NCBI GenBank assembly: GCA_019637995.1
Contig: JAHBUQ010000001.1
Span: 1,103,589 to 1,167,588, forward strand
Length of the DNA: 64,000 nucleotides
Origin: Ignavibacteriota bacterium
GTDB taxonomy: Bacteria > Bacteroidota > Ignavibacteria > Kapaibacteriales > UBA2268
Direction: 5' to 3'
Position numbers and translations under genes: made by a program. Of this stretch, positions 49,008-59,400 are shown piece after piece. The notes below the pieces were generated by a model. That model made no database searches. It was not told the DNA's origin and was given only the letters and a program-made list of their open reading frames with translations. Positions within the stretch are counted from its first letter, which is position 1. Each line of letters begins with the position of its first letter.

Positions 49008-51194
49008 ATGAAAAGCAAATTTTTACTGATATTAACTACCTTGTTAGTCAGTTTGATGATGTTGCCACAAGGACTTTTCAGTCAGGAGAAGTATTACATC
49101 ATTTTCGATAATTTCGAAGACCAAATCGGTAACGATGGAGTCCAGATAACTAACTTATTTGATTTATGTTACTGGGATCCATTGAGGACTGATGTATTAT
49201 TAGGCAAATATGCAGAGAAAAAGCCTTTTAATGCTCTTACATTTGCACAGAAAGAAATTACCGAATATGATGTTGCAATCTTTGTAATGGGTACTACCAA
49301 TCATCTCGGTACATCAGTTGATGGTATCAAAGTCCTTGATAAGATTAAAATGATGGTTAATGCCAATAAAGGAGTTTTAATCATCGGCACTAATGTTGTT
49401 CCCGAAGCATTCAAACCGGGCGGTGATGCTCAGGCAAGGGCATGGCTAACTGAATGGCTTGGAATTGACAATGTCAGGATTTTGGGTCACGTTCAGGGAA
49501 ACACAATTTATGGTATGCGGGTTGATGGTGTGGAAGGCGACCCGATTTCCCGCGGCTTCCAGAAACAATGTAACCGCCAGTTTGCTGAAAACAACCCCGA
49601 GCTTCGCGGACCTATTCGCTATTACAGTGGCACTCCTTTTTTTGAGATCAAAGGTGGCAAAAATGCTAAAGGATTTGACTTCATTAAGGAAGCAGCAGAC
49701 CAAAATATAACTGAAACCTGGATAACCGGCGCAAGAGCTGAACAAGGCAAAGCAAGAGTAGCACTTTGGACTACTAATTTTGATATTGCTTCTACATACC
49801 ACACAAACAGATTTTACAATGCAATGACTTGGGCAGTTCGTTGGATGGTTAGCGACGTACCTCATCCGGAAGGTTTCCTGACTATAGAAGATGAAACTGT
49901 TGATTTCGGTATTGTAGAGCCTAATCAGTCCGGCTATATGCAGGCAGTCTTCATGAATACCGGTCGCCAGAAACTTACTGTTTCAAAATTTGAAATTGCA
50001 GGCGACGAGCCTGATGGCAGCTTCAGAATTACCGAAGGCGGTGAAGGGATTACTATGAATCCTGGTGACGTACATATCGTTAATTTGCAGTTCTCCCCAA
50101 AAGAACAGAGACTATACGAAGATTATTTGATTATTGAATCTGATGCTTATAACGGCACAATCGAAGCTAAATTAATCGGACAGGGCGGCGAGCAGGTATT
50201 CAATGGACCAAGACTTCAGCTATCTTCACTTCCCATTGATTTCGGAACAGTTCCTTTTGGGCAGTATTCCGATAAGAATATTGCCATTTCAAATATCGGA
50301 AATGTAGCAATGGTTGTCGAAACTGTAACATTCGAAGAAGACGCAGGCAAAAGATTTACTTTCGCAGAAATAGTAAAAACTCCAATGACTGTACCTCCGG
50401 GTGAAACTCAATATGTAAAAATCAGATTTACATCAGCTGATGAAGAATCCGGAAATTACGCAGGTAAAATCAATGTTACTTCAAATGCATTGAATAATTT
50501 AGGAAAAGGTTCACTTGAATTGAAAGCACGTGCTGCTGGATTATCAACTAACTCAGGATTATCATTGTCTTCAACATCAATTGATTTTGGTGAAGTCGAA
50601 GTAACTGATGATGATGTTCAAACATTGAAAATTTCGAATATCGGTTCAAATGTACTTAGAATTTTCAGCATTACATGGGACTCAAAGTCAGGTGGTGAAA
50701 ATTTAGCTCAGTTCTCATTTATAGATAATACAAATGTAACTAAACCTACAATTGAAGTTCAACCCGGTGAATCTCATGATTTAAAAATTAAGTTTGCTCC
50801 TCAGGCAGGCAAAGACTATGCAGCAATTATTCAAATGCTTACAAACGACCCTGTAGATGAAGGGCTTGTCGAAGTACCTGTTGCCGGAAAAGGCAAAATT
50901 CCTGCAAGTGTAAAAGATGGTATAGCAAAAATTCAGGGATTAAATGTAAAAATCAGTCCAAATCCTGTGACTGACAATAGCTCTGTAGAATATACACTTG
51001 ATGTTTCAGGAAATCTTGAAATGTCAATTATTGACCAAACCGGTAGAAAAGTATCTGACATTTATAATCAATTCACAAATGAAGGATTATATATGAAAGA
51101 ACTTTCAGCAGGAAATCTTGCAAATGGTGTATATTTCCTATCAGTTAAATTTAATGGACAAACTGTTCAGATGCCATTTGTTATAAGCAAATAA
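49008..51194 (+). CDS. Secreted protein, 728 aa, with three or more Ig-like DUF1573-type domains and a T9SS C-terminal sorting domain. Architectural paralog of the 46271 gene.
   Basis: Signal peptide. Repeated xIDFGxVxxGQ...ISNxGNxxLxV units. The tail is ISPNPVTDNSSVEYTLD...GVYFLSVKFNGQTVQMPFVISK. AAGGAG lies upstream. Confidence 0.65.
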   Translation: MKSKFLLILTTLLVSLMMLPQGLFSQEKYYIIFDNFEDQIGNDGVQITNLFDLCYWDPLRTDVLLGKYAEKKPFNALTFAQKEITEYDVAIFVMGTTNHLGTSVDGIKVLDKIKMMVNANKGVLIIGTNVVPEAFKPGGDAQARAWLTEWLGIDNVRILGHVQGNTIYGMRVDGVEGDPISRGFQKQCNRQFAENNPELRGPIRYYSGTPFFEIKGGKNAKGFDFIKEAADQNITETWITGARAEQGKARVALWTTNFDIASTYHTNRFYNAMTWAVRWMVSDVPHPEGFLTIEDETVDFGIVEPNQSGYMQAVFMNTGRQKLTVSKFEIAGDEPDGSFRITEGGEGITMNPGDVHIVNLQFSPKEQRLYEDYLIIESDAYNGTIEAKLIGQGGEQVFNGPRLQLSSLPIDFGTVPFGQYSDKNIAISNIGNVAMVVETVTFEEDAGKRFTFAEIVKTPMTVPPGETQYVKIRFTSADEESGNYAGKINVTSNALNNLGKGSLELKARAAGLSTNSGLSLSSTSIDFGEVEVTDDDVQTLKISNIGSNVLRIFSITWDSKSGGENLAQFSFIDNTNVTKPTIEVQPGESHDLKIKFAPQAGKDYAAIIQMLTNDPVDEGLVEVPVAGKGKIPASVKDGIAKIQGLNVKISPNPVTDNSSVEYTLDVSGNLEMSIIDQTGRKVSDIYNQFTNEGLYMKELSAGNLANGVYFLSVKFNGQTVQMPFVISK

Positions 51195-51252
51195 TACTAT
51201 ATTCATCTTAAGAAAATGGCTGTTAATTTTCACATTAACAGCCATTTTTATT

Positions 51253-51975
51253 TTAGTTTTTCTTTCTTGACTTTGTCATTTCCTGCCCTTTATTGATTGC
51301 TTCCATTGCGGCAATTGCAAGGCGATTTTCGAGCTTCCCGAATTTCTTACGGTAGTCTTCTCGACTTCTGTTAATGACATCTAAAGCCACATCTTTTCCA
51401 TAAGTATGGGTTATGATGCATTTTTGATTGATTTGTCCGGGCATATCCTTGTAAGTTAGGAAATAATGTTTCAGACGGGTAATAAGAGCAGTAGGAACGT
51501 CATCAATATTTTTCCAATCAGCATATACTTCATCTTGCCTCAGAACAGCAATGATTTTATCATCAGCTTCATCGCCGTCAATCATCCTGAATCCACCAAT
51601 TGGACGGCATTGAAGCAGCAAATTACTATGAACGATATTTCTTTCGGTAAGAACACAAATATCAAGTGGGTCACCATCGCCTAAAATATCAGTACGGTTA
51701 TTGCTCTGATTGCAAAGCTCAGCAACCTTCCTGCCGCAATATGTCTGAGGCACAAAGCCGTAAGGAGCCGGGATTATACTTGAAAATTTCTGTGGGCGGT
51801 CAAGTTTAAGGTAACCTGTCTCTTTGTCAATCTCGTATTTTAAAGTATCTGATGGCAGTACTTCAATAAATGCGGTAATTATTTCAGGTGCATCCGGTCC
51901 GATATTTATACCGTGCCAAGGGTGCGACTTGAATCTAAGTGCGGCTAATTGCCAAAATTCATGTAATGATTCCAA
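51253..51975 (-). CDS. ppa: Inorganic pyrophosphatase (family I), 240 aa, with a ~60-aa C-terminal extension
   Basis: Family I signatures PEIITAFIEV..KYEID, DGDPLDICVL and IDGDEADDKIIAV. Confidence 0.85.
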   Translation of the reverse strand: MESLHEFWQLAALRFKSHPWHGINIGPDAPEIITAFIEVLPSDTLKYEIDKETGYLKLDRPQKFSSIIPAPYGFVPQTYCGRKVAELCNQSNNRTDILGDGDPLDICVLTERNIVHSNLLLQCRPIGGFRMIDGDEADDKIIAVLRQDEVYADWKNIDDVPTALITRLKHYFLTYKDMPGQINQKCIITHTYGKDVALDVINRSREDYRKKFGKLENRLAIAAMEAINKGQEMTKSRKKN

Positions 51976-52198
51976 CTTTTTTTCTCAGTTAACATTTTTA
52001 AAAAAGCAAATTTACAAAATTTTCTTATCATTACATAGATATTTTTGAGTTTATAATGCTAAATTGAATTTTTGTTAAGTTTTAAATGATACAATACATT
52101 AAAATGAATAATGTATCGAAACTTCTTTTTCAAACATTATTACAATTTTCAAGCAGAAATATCTTAATATAAAAAATCAATAAACAATAAAACCAAAA

Positions 52199-52690
52199 TT
52201 ACTTAGTAATATCTGTTAAGCGGTCTGCACTGAATTTTCCTGCTGTTACGGTTATCACTTCACCTGTTTTATCATTTGAAAATGTTCCTGAAAATGTTCC
52301 TTTAACTTTTGATTTGACCTGACCATAATCAGTAATTTTTAGGATTCCGGAGCCATTGTCAGACCTAAAATCCTGGTCACCAAATATCAACCTTATATAT
52401 GTTTCATCAGTAAGTTGATAATCGCCCGGAGTATTTCCATTAATAACAATCGCTATCGCACTACCTATGTGTGGTTCTTTTATTGCTGTCAGCGATATGG
52501 TTGTAGTATTATTATAGGTGTGATTCCTGGCTTGAGTATACTGGTATAAGACTTCACCTCTGGAAGAATTAATAGAATTTACATTATCAGTTGCCGGATT
52601 TGCAGCAGTTGGAGTCTGACTGCTACCACTGCATGATGTAATAAAAAAGAATATAGAAATTGTCAAAAAAGTTGTGATTATTCTCAACAT
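52199..52690 (-). CDS. Small lipoprotein of unknown function, 163 aa
   Basis: Signal peptide plus lipobox ITSCSGSS. No recognisable domain. Confidence 0.5.
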   Translation of the reverse strand: MLRIITTFLTISIFFFITSCSGSSQTPTAANPATDNVNSINSSRGEVLYQYTQARNHTYNNTTTISLTAIKEPHIGSAIAIVINGNTPGDYQLTDETYIRLIFGDQDFRSDNGSGILKITDYGQVKSKVKGTFSGTFSNDKTGEVITVTAGKFSADRLTDITK

Positions 52691-52958
52691 AATTGTTCCA
52701 ATTAATTTGTAAATAAAAATTATAGTAAAAACAAAATTGTAAAAAAATAAAATTTAAAATAAAACAATTTTATTATTGCTAATTATTTTTTAAATACGTA
52801 TTGAATTATTATTTAGTTTTGTTTTATATTTGATGATTGATTAAATCTCAAATAAAATAAATATTTTAGAATAAAATCCGACATTTTTTGTTAAATTAGA
52901 AATTTTTAATTATTTTTGCATTTACTAATTGTCCTATTTTAAAAAAAGTTGGTGATTT

Positions 52959-54503
52959 ATGACAGCATTTGAAAATATGGTTCCTCTCAGTTTCCAAAAC
53001 CCTGAGGAAATTCAAAAACAAAAAGAAGCTCTGGCTTTTGTCAGAGAGCAACTCGGAAAGGAATATCCAAACATAATCGGCGGCGAAGAAATTTATACTG
53101 ATAAGAAAACTGTATCTTACAATCCCGCAAGAAAAACCGAAGTGGTCGGTACTTTCCAAAAAGGAGTAATGAACCACGCTGAAGATGCAATCCAAGCTGC
53201 AGCAAAAGCATTTGAAACTTGGAAATACACTCCTGCTGAAGAACGTGCTTCCTATTTATTCAAAGCAGCAGAAATTATGCGTCAGCGTCGTTTTGAAATC
53301 AACGCATGGATGATAACCGAAGCCGGCAAGAATTTTGCTGAAGCTGATGCCGATACTTGCGAAGCAATTGATTTTATGGAATTTTATGCCCGCGAAGCAA
53401 TACGCTACGGACAGATGCAGCCACTTACCCCATATCCGGGCGAAAAGAATGAATATTTCTATATTCCACTTGGTGTAGGTGTATGTATTCCACCTTGGAA
53501 TTTCCCGTTTGCAATTATGGCTGGTATTAGCTCAGCAGGATTTGTAGCTGGCAATACAGTAGTATTGAAACCATCATCTGAAACTCCTATGATGGCATGG
53601 CTCTTTGCAGATATTATGCGTCAGACAGGTCTTCCGTCGGGCGTTCTAAACTTCTTTGTAGCCAGTGGTGCTGAAGCAGGCGACCACCTTGTTGACCACC
53701 ATTTGACAAGATTCATCTCTTTTACCGGCTCAATGGAAGTTGGTTTAAGAATTATTGAACGTGCTGCTAAAACTAATCCGGGTCAAATATGGATTAAACG
53801 TGTAATTGCTGAAATGGGTGGCAAAGATGCTATCGTTGTTGATTCAGAAGCTGATGTTGATTCTGCTGTAGCCGGAACAGTAGCTTCTGCGTTCGGTTTT
53901 CAGGGACAGAAATGCTCAGCATGCTCACGCGTAATAGTTGATACAGCAATCTATGATGAATTTGTTGAAAAAGTTCAGAAAGAAGTTGAAAAAATTCAGG
54001 TTGGTGAACCGGCAGATAACTACCGTATGGGTCCGGTTATCAGCCCTAAAGCTGAAAAAACTATCCTCGAATACATCGAAATTGGTAAAGGCGAAGGCAG
54101 ATTAATAAACGGTGGCTCAAAAATAGCAGAAATGGACGGATATTTCATTCAGCCGACAGTATTTGCAGACATTGATGAAAATGCCCGTATTGCTCAGGAA
54201 GAAATTTTCGGTCCGGTTCTTGCGATTGTTAAAGCTCGTGATTATGACCACGCTCTTGATATTGCAAACGGTACAATTTATGGTTTAACCGGTGCAGTTT
54301 ATACTAATAATGAGGCAAAAATCGAACGCGCTAAACGTGAATTCCATTGCGGTAATTTATATATCAACCGTAAGTGTACGGGCGCTCTCGTGGACGTACA
54401 TCCATTTGGTGGATTTAACATGAGCGGTACAGATTCAAAAGCAGGTAGCCGTGATTATTTAATGCTCTTCTTACAGGGTAAATCTGTAGCTACAAAAATA
54501 TAA
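52959..54503 (+). CDS. pruA: L-glutamate gamma-semialdehyde (1-pyrroline-5-carboxylate) dehydrogenase, 514 aa
   Basis: ALDH superfamily member with a RocA/PruA-like N-terminus (PEEIQKQKEALAFVREQLGKEYPNIIGGEEIYTD), the catalytic Cys region GQKCSACSRVIV and the Glu motif AEMGGKDA. Confidence 0.85.
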   Translation: MTAFENMVPLSFQNPEEIQKQKEALAFVREQLGKEYPNIIGGEEIYTDKKTVSYNPARKTEVVGTFQKGVMNHAEDAIQAAAKAFETWKYTPAEERASYLFKAAEIMRQRRFEINAWMITEAGKNFAEADADTCEAIDFMEFYAREAIRYGQMQPLTPYPGEKNEYFYIPLGVGVCIPPWNFPFAIMAGISSAGFVAGNTVVLKPSSETPMMAWLFADIMRQTGLPSGVLNFFVASGAEAGDHLVDHHLTRFISFTGSMEVGLRIIERAAKTNPGQIWIKRVIAEMGGKDAIVVDSEADVDSAVAGTVASAFGFQGQKCSACSRVIVDTAIYDEFVEKVQKEVEKIQVGEPADNYRMGPVISPKAEKTILEYIEIGKGEGRLINGGSKIAEMDGYFIQPTVFADIDENARIAQEEIFGPVLAIVKARDYDHALDIANGTIYGLTGAVYTNNEAKIERAKREFHCGNLYINRKCTGALVDVHPFGGFNMSGTDSKAGSRDYLMLFLQGKSVATKI

Positions 54504-54527
54504 AAAAATATAATATTTTTTAATACA

Positions 54528-54559
54528 AGTCCGTCATTCACAATGTCGGGCTTTTTTTT
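54528..54559 (+). terminator. Weak terminator candidate after pruA: imperfect hairpin (…TCCGTCA…TGTCGGG) plus T8
   Basis: The T-run GGGCTTTTTTTT is clear. The stem is imperfect. Confidence 0.3.
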
Positions 54560-54795
54560 AAAAATAAATTAAATTATAGTGTAACTTTTTATTCATGTAA
54601 CTAAATTTATTCTGAATTTAATTGATTTGAATATAGTTTGATTTAAAAATATGCTTAAAATTATGTCTTGTTGATAAAAAAAAGTAGTTTTATATAATTT
54701 TTTTTCACATATTTGTATTTGTATTTTAGTACAATTGCAAAATTGTTTTTAATTTAGACAAGAATTTTTATAAACTTAAATTTTACGGAGACTCT

Positions 54796-55101
54796 ATGAA
54801 GTTATCAAAAGTTGCAACTGCAATCGGAATGAGCTCTATTATGATGTTTTCAGCGATGTCTTTTACAGGTTGTACACCTAAGATTACTGATGACCAGCTT
54901 GCTCGTTTGCAGGAACTACGTAAACAGGAACGCCAGATAAGTGCAGATATTTCCACCAGACAAAGCGAAATATCTAAAATTGAAGGCGAAATAAAGGCAC
55001 GCCAAGCAGAACTTAACGACTGCAGCAAAGATAAGGATTTTATCATCCAGAAATTAGCTCAGTGGCCTAATGTTTGGCCTGATTATACTCCATCTAAATA
55101 A
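54796..55101 (+). CDS. Small coiled-coil lipoprotein, 101 aa
   Basis: Lipobox FTGCTP. Heptad-rich LARLQELRKQERQISADISTRQSEISKIEGEIKARQAELNDC. Confidence 0.5.
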   Translation: MKLSKVATAIGMSSIMMFSAMSFTGCTPKITDDQLARLQELRKQERQISADISTRQSEISKIEGEIKARQAELNDCSKDKDFIIQKLAQWPNVWPDYTPSK

Positions 55102-55136
55102 CACTATGTGAAACAAATCAATTAAAATGAGGAATC

Positions 55137-55919
55137 ATGAAAAATCTATTTAATATCCTATTGTTATCGCTGTTAGTGCTTGGAGTTGCGTGTCAGCAAC
55201 CTGTATTGCCACCTGACAGTAAACCTGATACTGAACTTACTAAAGGTGAAGCTGATTTAAGAATTCAAAAATTCGAAGCAAGCGTTAAAGCTCTTCAAGC
55301 AAGACTTGATGAATTAAATAAAAAATCTGCAGATACAAAAAACAATCTTGATGATGTCAATAAACAACTTGTTGATTGTCAGGCTGAAATTTTAAGACTT
55401 ATTGGTGCCACTCAGGCTGATGTTGACGCTTACCGCCAAAGACTTGGTGTTCTTGAAGGTAAAGTACGTGCAATGCAGAAACTATCCGAAGCAGTTCTAT
55501 TAGAAAGACAAGCTGATGTAGTTGCACTTGAAAATGAATTAAATGAACTTCGTGCTAGTAAAATCTCTTTAATTCCGGAATTCTACAATAAAATTATTGC
55601 TCTTGCAAAAGATATTCGTGGTCTGTACAGAGAAAAGAAAATCACAACTTACACAGTTGGTACTTGGGCTGAAAACCGTGACTGTTTGTGGAATATTGCA
55701 GGTAAGATTGATATCTATTCAGATCCATTTATGTGGCCAAAGATTTGGCAGGGTAATACTGACCAGATTCGCAATCCTGACATAATTTTCCCTGGTCAGG
55801 TTCTTCAGATTCCTGCTAAAGGACCTAAATCCAGTGACGAGCTCAAAGCAGAACGTAAATACTGGAGAATGAAGAAAGAAGCACAAGCTGAAAACGCTCA
55901 AGCAGGCGGAGTTCAGTAA
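55137..55919 (+). CDS. Coiled-coil lipoprotein with a C-terminal LysM peptidoglycan-binding domain, 260 aa
   Basis: Lipobox LGVACQQ. Long coiled coil. LysM reads DCLWNIAGKIDIYSDPFMWPKIWQGNTDQIRNPDIIFPGQVLQIP. Confidence 0.65.
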   Translation: MKNLFNILLLSLLVLGVACQQPVLPPDSKPDTELTKGEADLRIQKFEASVKALQARLDELNKKSADTKNNLDDVNKQLVDCQAEILRLIGATQADVDAYRQRLGVLEGKVRAMQKLSEAVLLERQADVVALENELNELRASKISLIPEFYNKIIALAKDIRGLYREKKITTYTVGTWAENRDCLWNIAGKIDIYSDPFMWPKIWQGNTDQIRNPDIIFPGQVLQIPAKGPKSSDELKAERKYWRMKKEAQAENAQAGGVQ

Positions 55920-55946
55920 TCTTCCTGAACCTGAGATAGTATATTT

Positions 55947-55986
55947 GAAGCCCTGCTCCATATTTGGAAGTAGGGCTTTTTATTTA
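55947..55986 (+). terminator. Rho-independent terminator after the LysM lipoprotein gene: stem GAAGCCCT / AGGGCTT plus TTTTTATTT
   Basis: Inverted repeat with a T-tract, 28 nt after the stop. Confidence 0.5.
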
Positions 55987-56003
55987 TAAATATAAAATAA
56001 TCT

Positions 56004-57014
56004 ATGGAATTATTAGAAAAGAAAATTGCATTTGATAATGTGGAGCTGTTAACACTTTTCGGCTCTAATGACACACATCTGAATCTTATAGAAAATCGTT
56101 TCAAAGCTGGTATCATAGTCAGAGGTAATATCATAACACTCAAAGGACCTCAGGAAGATATCCTCAAAATTGAAAAAATTTTCGAGGAAATGCTTTATAT
56201 GATTAAACGCAATAAGAACATTTCTGAAGATGATGTTAAGACTGTAATAGAACTAATTGACGGTAATCATAGTAAATTAGATCCAAAGAAAGACAACAAA
56301 TCAATCAATCAAATCATTTTTCAGGGCGTCAAAGATTCAATAAGAATTCGCAATCCTAAACAGCTTGATTATTTAAATAAAGTTGAGGAGAATGACTTGG
56401 TATTTGCGATTGGTCCTGCCGGAACCGGTAAGACCTTTCTTGCAGTAGCAATGGCTTTGGCAGCCCTTAGAAATAACGAGGTCTCAAGGATTATTTTATC
56501 CAGACCGGCTGTAGAAGCCGGAGAATCTTTAGGTTTTTTGCCGGGAGATTTACAGGAAAAAATTGACCCTTATCTCCGCCCTCTTACAGATGCTATGCAC
56601 TATATGATTTCTCCTGAAAAAGTAAAGACTCTTATGGAGAGAAATATCATAGAAATCACTCCTCTTGCATATATGAGGGGAAGAACTCTCAGTAATTCAT
56701 TTATCATTTTGGACGAAGCACAAAATGCTACGACAATGCAGATGAAAATGTTTTTAACCAGATTGGGTGTTAACTCCAAAGCAATTATAACAGGAGATAT
56801 TACACAGATAGATTTACCTCTGAAAAAACTCTCCGGACTGATAGATGCAAACAGAATTCTTCAAAATATTAAAGGCATAGAATTTGTATATTTTGATAAC
56901 AAAGATGTTGTTCGTCATCGTTTGGTAGCAGATATTGTCAAAGCTTATGAGAAAGATGACTCAAGCACTAAAGAAGTTACAAAACAAAAAATAAAAGATA
57001 ATAATAAACAATAG
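56004..57014 (+). CDS. phoH: PhoH-like ATPase (PhoH/YbeZ family), 336 aa
   Basis: Walker A GPAGTGKTFLAVAMA and Walker B IILDEAQN. An N-terminal KH-like extension is present. Confidence 0.9.
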   Translation: MELLEKKIAFDNVELLTLFGSNDTHLNLIENRFKAGIIVRGNIITLKGPQEDILKIEKIFEEMLYMIKRNKNISEDDVKTVIELIDGNHSKLDPKKDNKSINQIIFQGVKDSIRIRNPKQLDYLNKVEENDLVFAIGPAGTGKTFLAVAMALAALRNNEVSRIILSRPAVEAGESLGFLPGDLQEKIDPYLRPLTDAMHYMISPEKVKTLMERNIIEITPLAYMRGRTLSNSFIILDEAQNATTMQMKMFLTRLGVNSKAIITGDITQIDLPLKKLSGLIDANRILQNIKGIEFVYFDNKDVVRHRLVADIVKAYEKDDSSTKEVTKQKIKDNNKQ

Positions 57015-57020
57015 TTACAT

Positions 57021-57785
57021 ATGGAACTGTTTAAGATAGGATTTCTAACCATAACGATGTTTGATTTGCTCGATATTTTTATCGTAGCAACTCTGTTTTA
57101 TTATCTTTACAGAGCATTAAAAAATACTGTTGCTGTTCAGATTTTATTTGGTATGGTCATAATTATCGCTTTACAGTTTATAACAGAGGCATCTAATTTT
57201 CGCTCATTAAATTGGATTTTGCGTACAATATCAGATGTTTGGCTTCTTGCATTTGTAATACTTTTTCAACCGGAATTACGAAAATTACTTCTTATAATTA
57301 CAAGAAGTCCAATTTTCAAATTATTCGTTAAACCAAAAATTTCTGAATCCTTAGATGAAATTGTAGATACAATCAAGGAACTGTCAGCTAAGCATATTGG
57401 TGCATTGTTAGTCTTTACACGCTCACAGAATGTACAGATGACAGTTGATACCGGAGTTCCTATGCAGGCTGCAATTTCAAAAGAATTACTAATGTCAATT
57501 TTTAATACAAAATCACCTCTTCATGACGGAGCTGTAATAATCAATAACGACATAATTCTTGCTGCTCGTTGTGTTTTGCCTTTGACCTCGGTCACAAAAT
57601 ACGGCTCAAAAAATTTAGGTACCAGACACAGAGCCGGACTAGGATTGTCAGAACAAGTTGATACTTTAGTAATTATTGTTTCTGAAGAAACAGGTGGTGT
57701 AACAGTGGCTGATGGCGGCGAACTTATAATCAATATCCCTGATGACCAACTTTTCAGTATAATTAGCTCCAGATTATATGACTAA
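57021..57785 (+). CDS. cdaA: Diadenylate cyclase (c-di-AMP synthase, CdaA-type), 254 aa
   Basis: Three N-terminal TM helices. DAC domain with HIGALLVF..., DGAVIINN and TRHRAGLGLSEQ motifs. Confidence 0.85.
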   Translation: MELFKIGFLTITMFDLLDIFIVATLFYYLYRALKNTVAVQILFGMVIIIALQFITEASNFRSLNWILRTISDVWLLAFVILFQPELRKLLLIITRSPIFKLFVKPKISESLDEIVDTIKELSAKHIGALLVFTRSQNVQMTVDTGVPMQAAISKELLMSIFNTKSPLHDGAVIINNDIILAARCVLPLTSVTKYGSKNLGTRHRAGLGLSEQVDTLVIIVSEETGGVTVADGGELIINIPDDQLFSIISSRLYD

Positions 57786-58443
57786 TGAAATTATAAATAA
57801 TTTTCTAAAACTAAATCCGCAGAAAAGAGAATTTTTGGTTAGCAGTTTGCGAAACAAAGGCATCTCAGAACTTACTTTATCTGCCCTAAATTCAATACCA
57901 AGAGAGTATTTCTTAAAAAAGTCTCTTTGGGATGAGGCTTATGATGACAAAGCTTTGCCAATTGATTTCAATCAAACAATATCTCAACCAGCAACTGTTG
58001 GTTTAATGACTGACTTGCTTGAAATTGAAGAAGGCTCCAAAGTTCTTGAAATTGGTACTGGAAGCTGCTATCAGGCGCTGATATTATCCTATTTAGGTGC
58101 AGAAGTATTTACTGTTGAAAGAATAGAAAATTTAAAAATCAATATTGAACAAACCTTTAAAGATTTTCCTTATAAATTCAACTATTTCTTTGGCGATGGA
58201 ACATCTGGACTTGTTGAATACGCTCCTTACGATAGAATAATTGTTACAGCCGGCTCGCCGGAAATACCGACAACATTACTTAATCAGCTTAAAATCGAAG
58301 GTATAATAGTGATTCCTGTCGGTGATAAAAATGGACAAACCATGAAAAAAGTCATCAAATTATCGAAAGATCAATATGATGTCAGCCAACATGGCGAATT
58401 TCGTTTTGTTCCTTTATTGGGATTGCATGGCTGGAGTTATTAA
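57778..58443 (+). CDS. pcm: Protein-L-isoaspartate O-methyltransferase
   Basis: ISQPATVGLM and the SAM-binding VLEIGTGSCYQALILSYLG; 221 aa. Overlaps cdaA by 8 nt. Confidence 0.9.
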   Translation: MTNEIINNFLKLNPQKREFLVSSLRNKGISELTLSALNSIPREYFLKKSLWDEAYDDKALPIDFNQTISQPATVGLMTDLLEIEEGSKVLEIGTGSCYQALILSYLGAEVFTVERIENLKINIEQTFKDFPYKFNYFFGDGTSGLVEYAPYDRIIVTAGSPEIPTTLLNQLKIEGIIVIPVGDKNGQTMKKVIKLSKDQYDVSQHGEFRFVPLLGLHGWSY

Positions 58444-58462
58444 TCACAAATTTGAACAGAAT

Positions 58463-59392
58463 ATGAAAAGACTTATAGATTCTCTTACAATGTCGGATAT
58501 TTACACTTTGTCAATGCTGCTTCTCTATACACTCTTGGCAGTTATCTTCTTCAACAATATAGGACATTCACTTTATCTTATTATTGGAAATATTGCTATT
58601 ATTTCATTTGTTGTTTATATTTCTTTAATCACAAAAAGATTCAGCAATAATGAGAAGTTTATGCTCTTCCGACGGGTATATATAGCACCGGTAGTTTTTG
58701 TAATTTATTCCCAGATTCATAATTACATACCGATTATCAATCCTGAATTGTACGATTTGACGTTGATTGAATGGGACAAGTTTTTATTCGGTGTTAATCC
58801 TACAGAATGGATATATGCAATTGCATATCCTCCACTTACTGAATATCTTCAATTCAGCTATATGCTTTATTTTGTTATGCCGATAGTTCATGGTGTCGAA
58901 CTTCACTTCAGGAAAGAAAATGCAAGTTTAGGAATTTTTGCTCGCAATATATTATTTGCTTTTTATCTTTCTTATTTGCTGTATTTCTTTATGCCTGCAA
59001 TAGGACCGAGATTTTTTATTCACGATTTTGCCACATTAAGCCTTGAGCTGCCCGGACTATTGCTTACTGAATTTTTCCGAAGCATAGTAAATAATGGTGG
59101 TGGAATTCCAATAGGTGCTGTTAATCCGGCTGATTTTGTAAATAGAGACTGCATGCCAAGTGGTCATACAATGATAACACTGGTAAACGTATATTTTGTT
59201 TTTAAGAATAAATCAAAATTTCGAATCCCAATATTCATTTTTTCAATGAGTTTGATTTTTGCAACAATCTATTTGAGATATCATTATGTTGTCGATATTA
59301 TAGCAGGAGTTATTTTTGCGTATATTTCAATTAAAATTGAGCCCATTATAAGAAAATTCGTTAAGGAAATACTTGGTTTTAAGAGCGCTTAA
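58463..59392 (+). CDS. PAP2-superfamily integral membrane protein (lipid phosphatase / phosphotransferase-like), about 309 aa
   Basis: Six or more TM helices. PAP2 motifs CMPSGHTM and LRYHYVVDIIAG. I use ATG 58463 (MKRLIDSLTM). The ORF track start at 58376 overlaps pcm. Confidence 0.6.
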   Translation: MKRLIDSLTMSDIYTLSMLLLYTLLAVIFFNNIGHSLYLIIGNIAIISFVVYISLITKRFSNNEKFMLFRRVYIAPVVFVIYSQIHNYIPIINPELYDLTLIEWDKFLFGVNPTEWIYAIAYPPLTEYLQFSYMLYFVMPIVHGVELHFRKENASLGIFARNILFAFYLSYLLYFFMPAIGPRFFIHDFATLSLELPGLLLTEFFRSIVNNGGGIPIGAVNPADFVNRDCMPSGHTMITLVNVYFVFKNKSKFRIPIFIFSMSLIFATIYLRYHYVVDIIAGVIFAYISIKIEPIIRKFVKEILGFKSA

Positions 59393-59400
59393 CCTTAATA

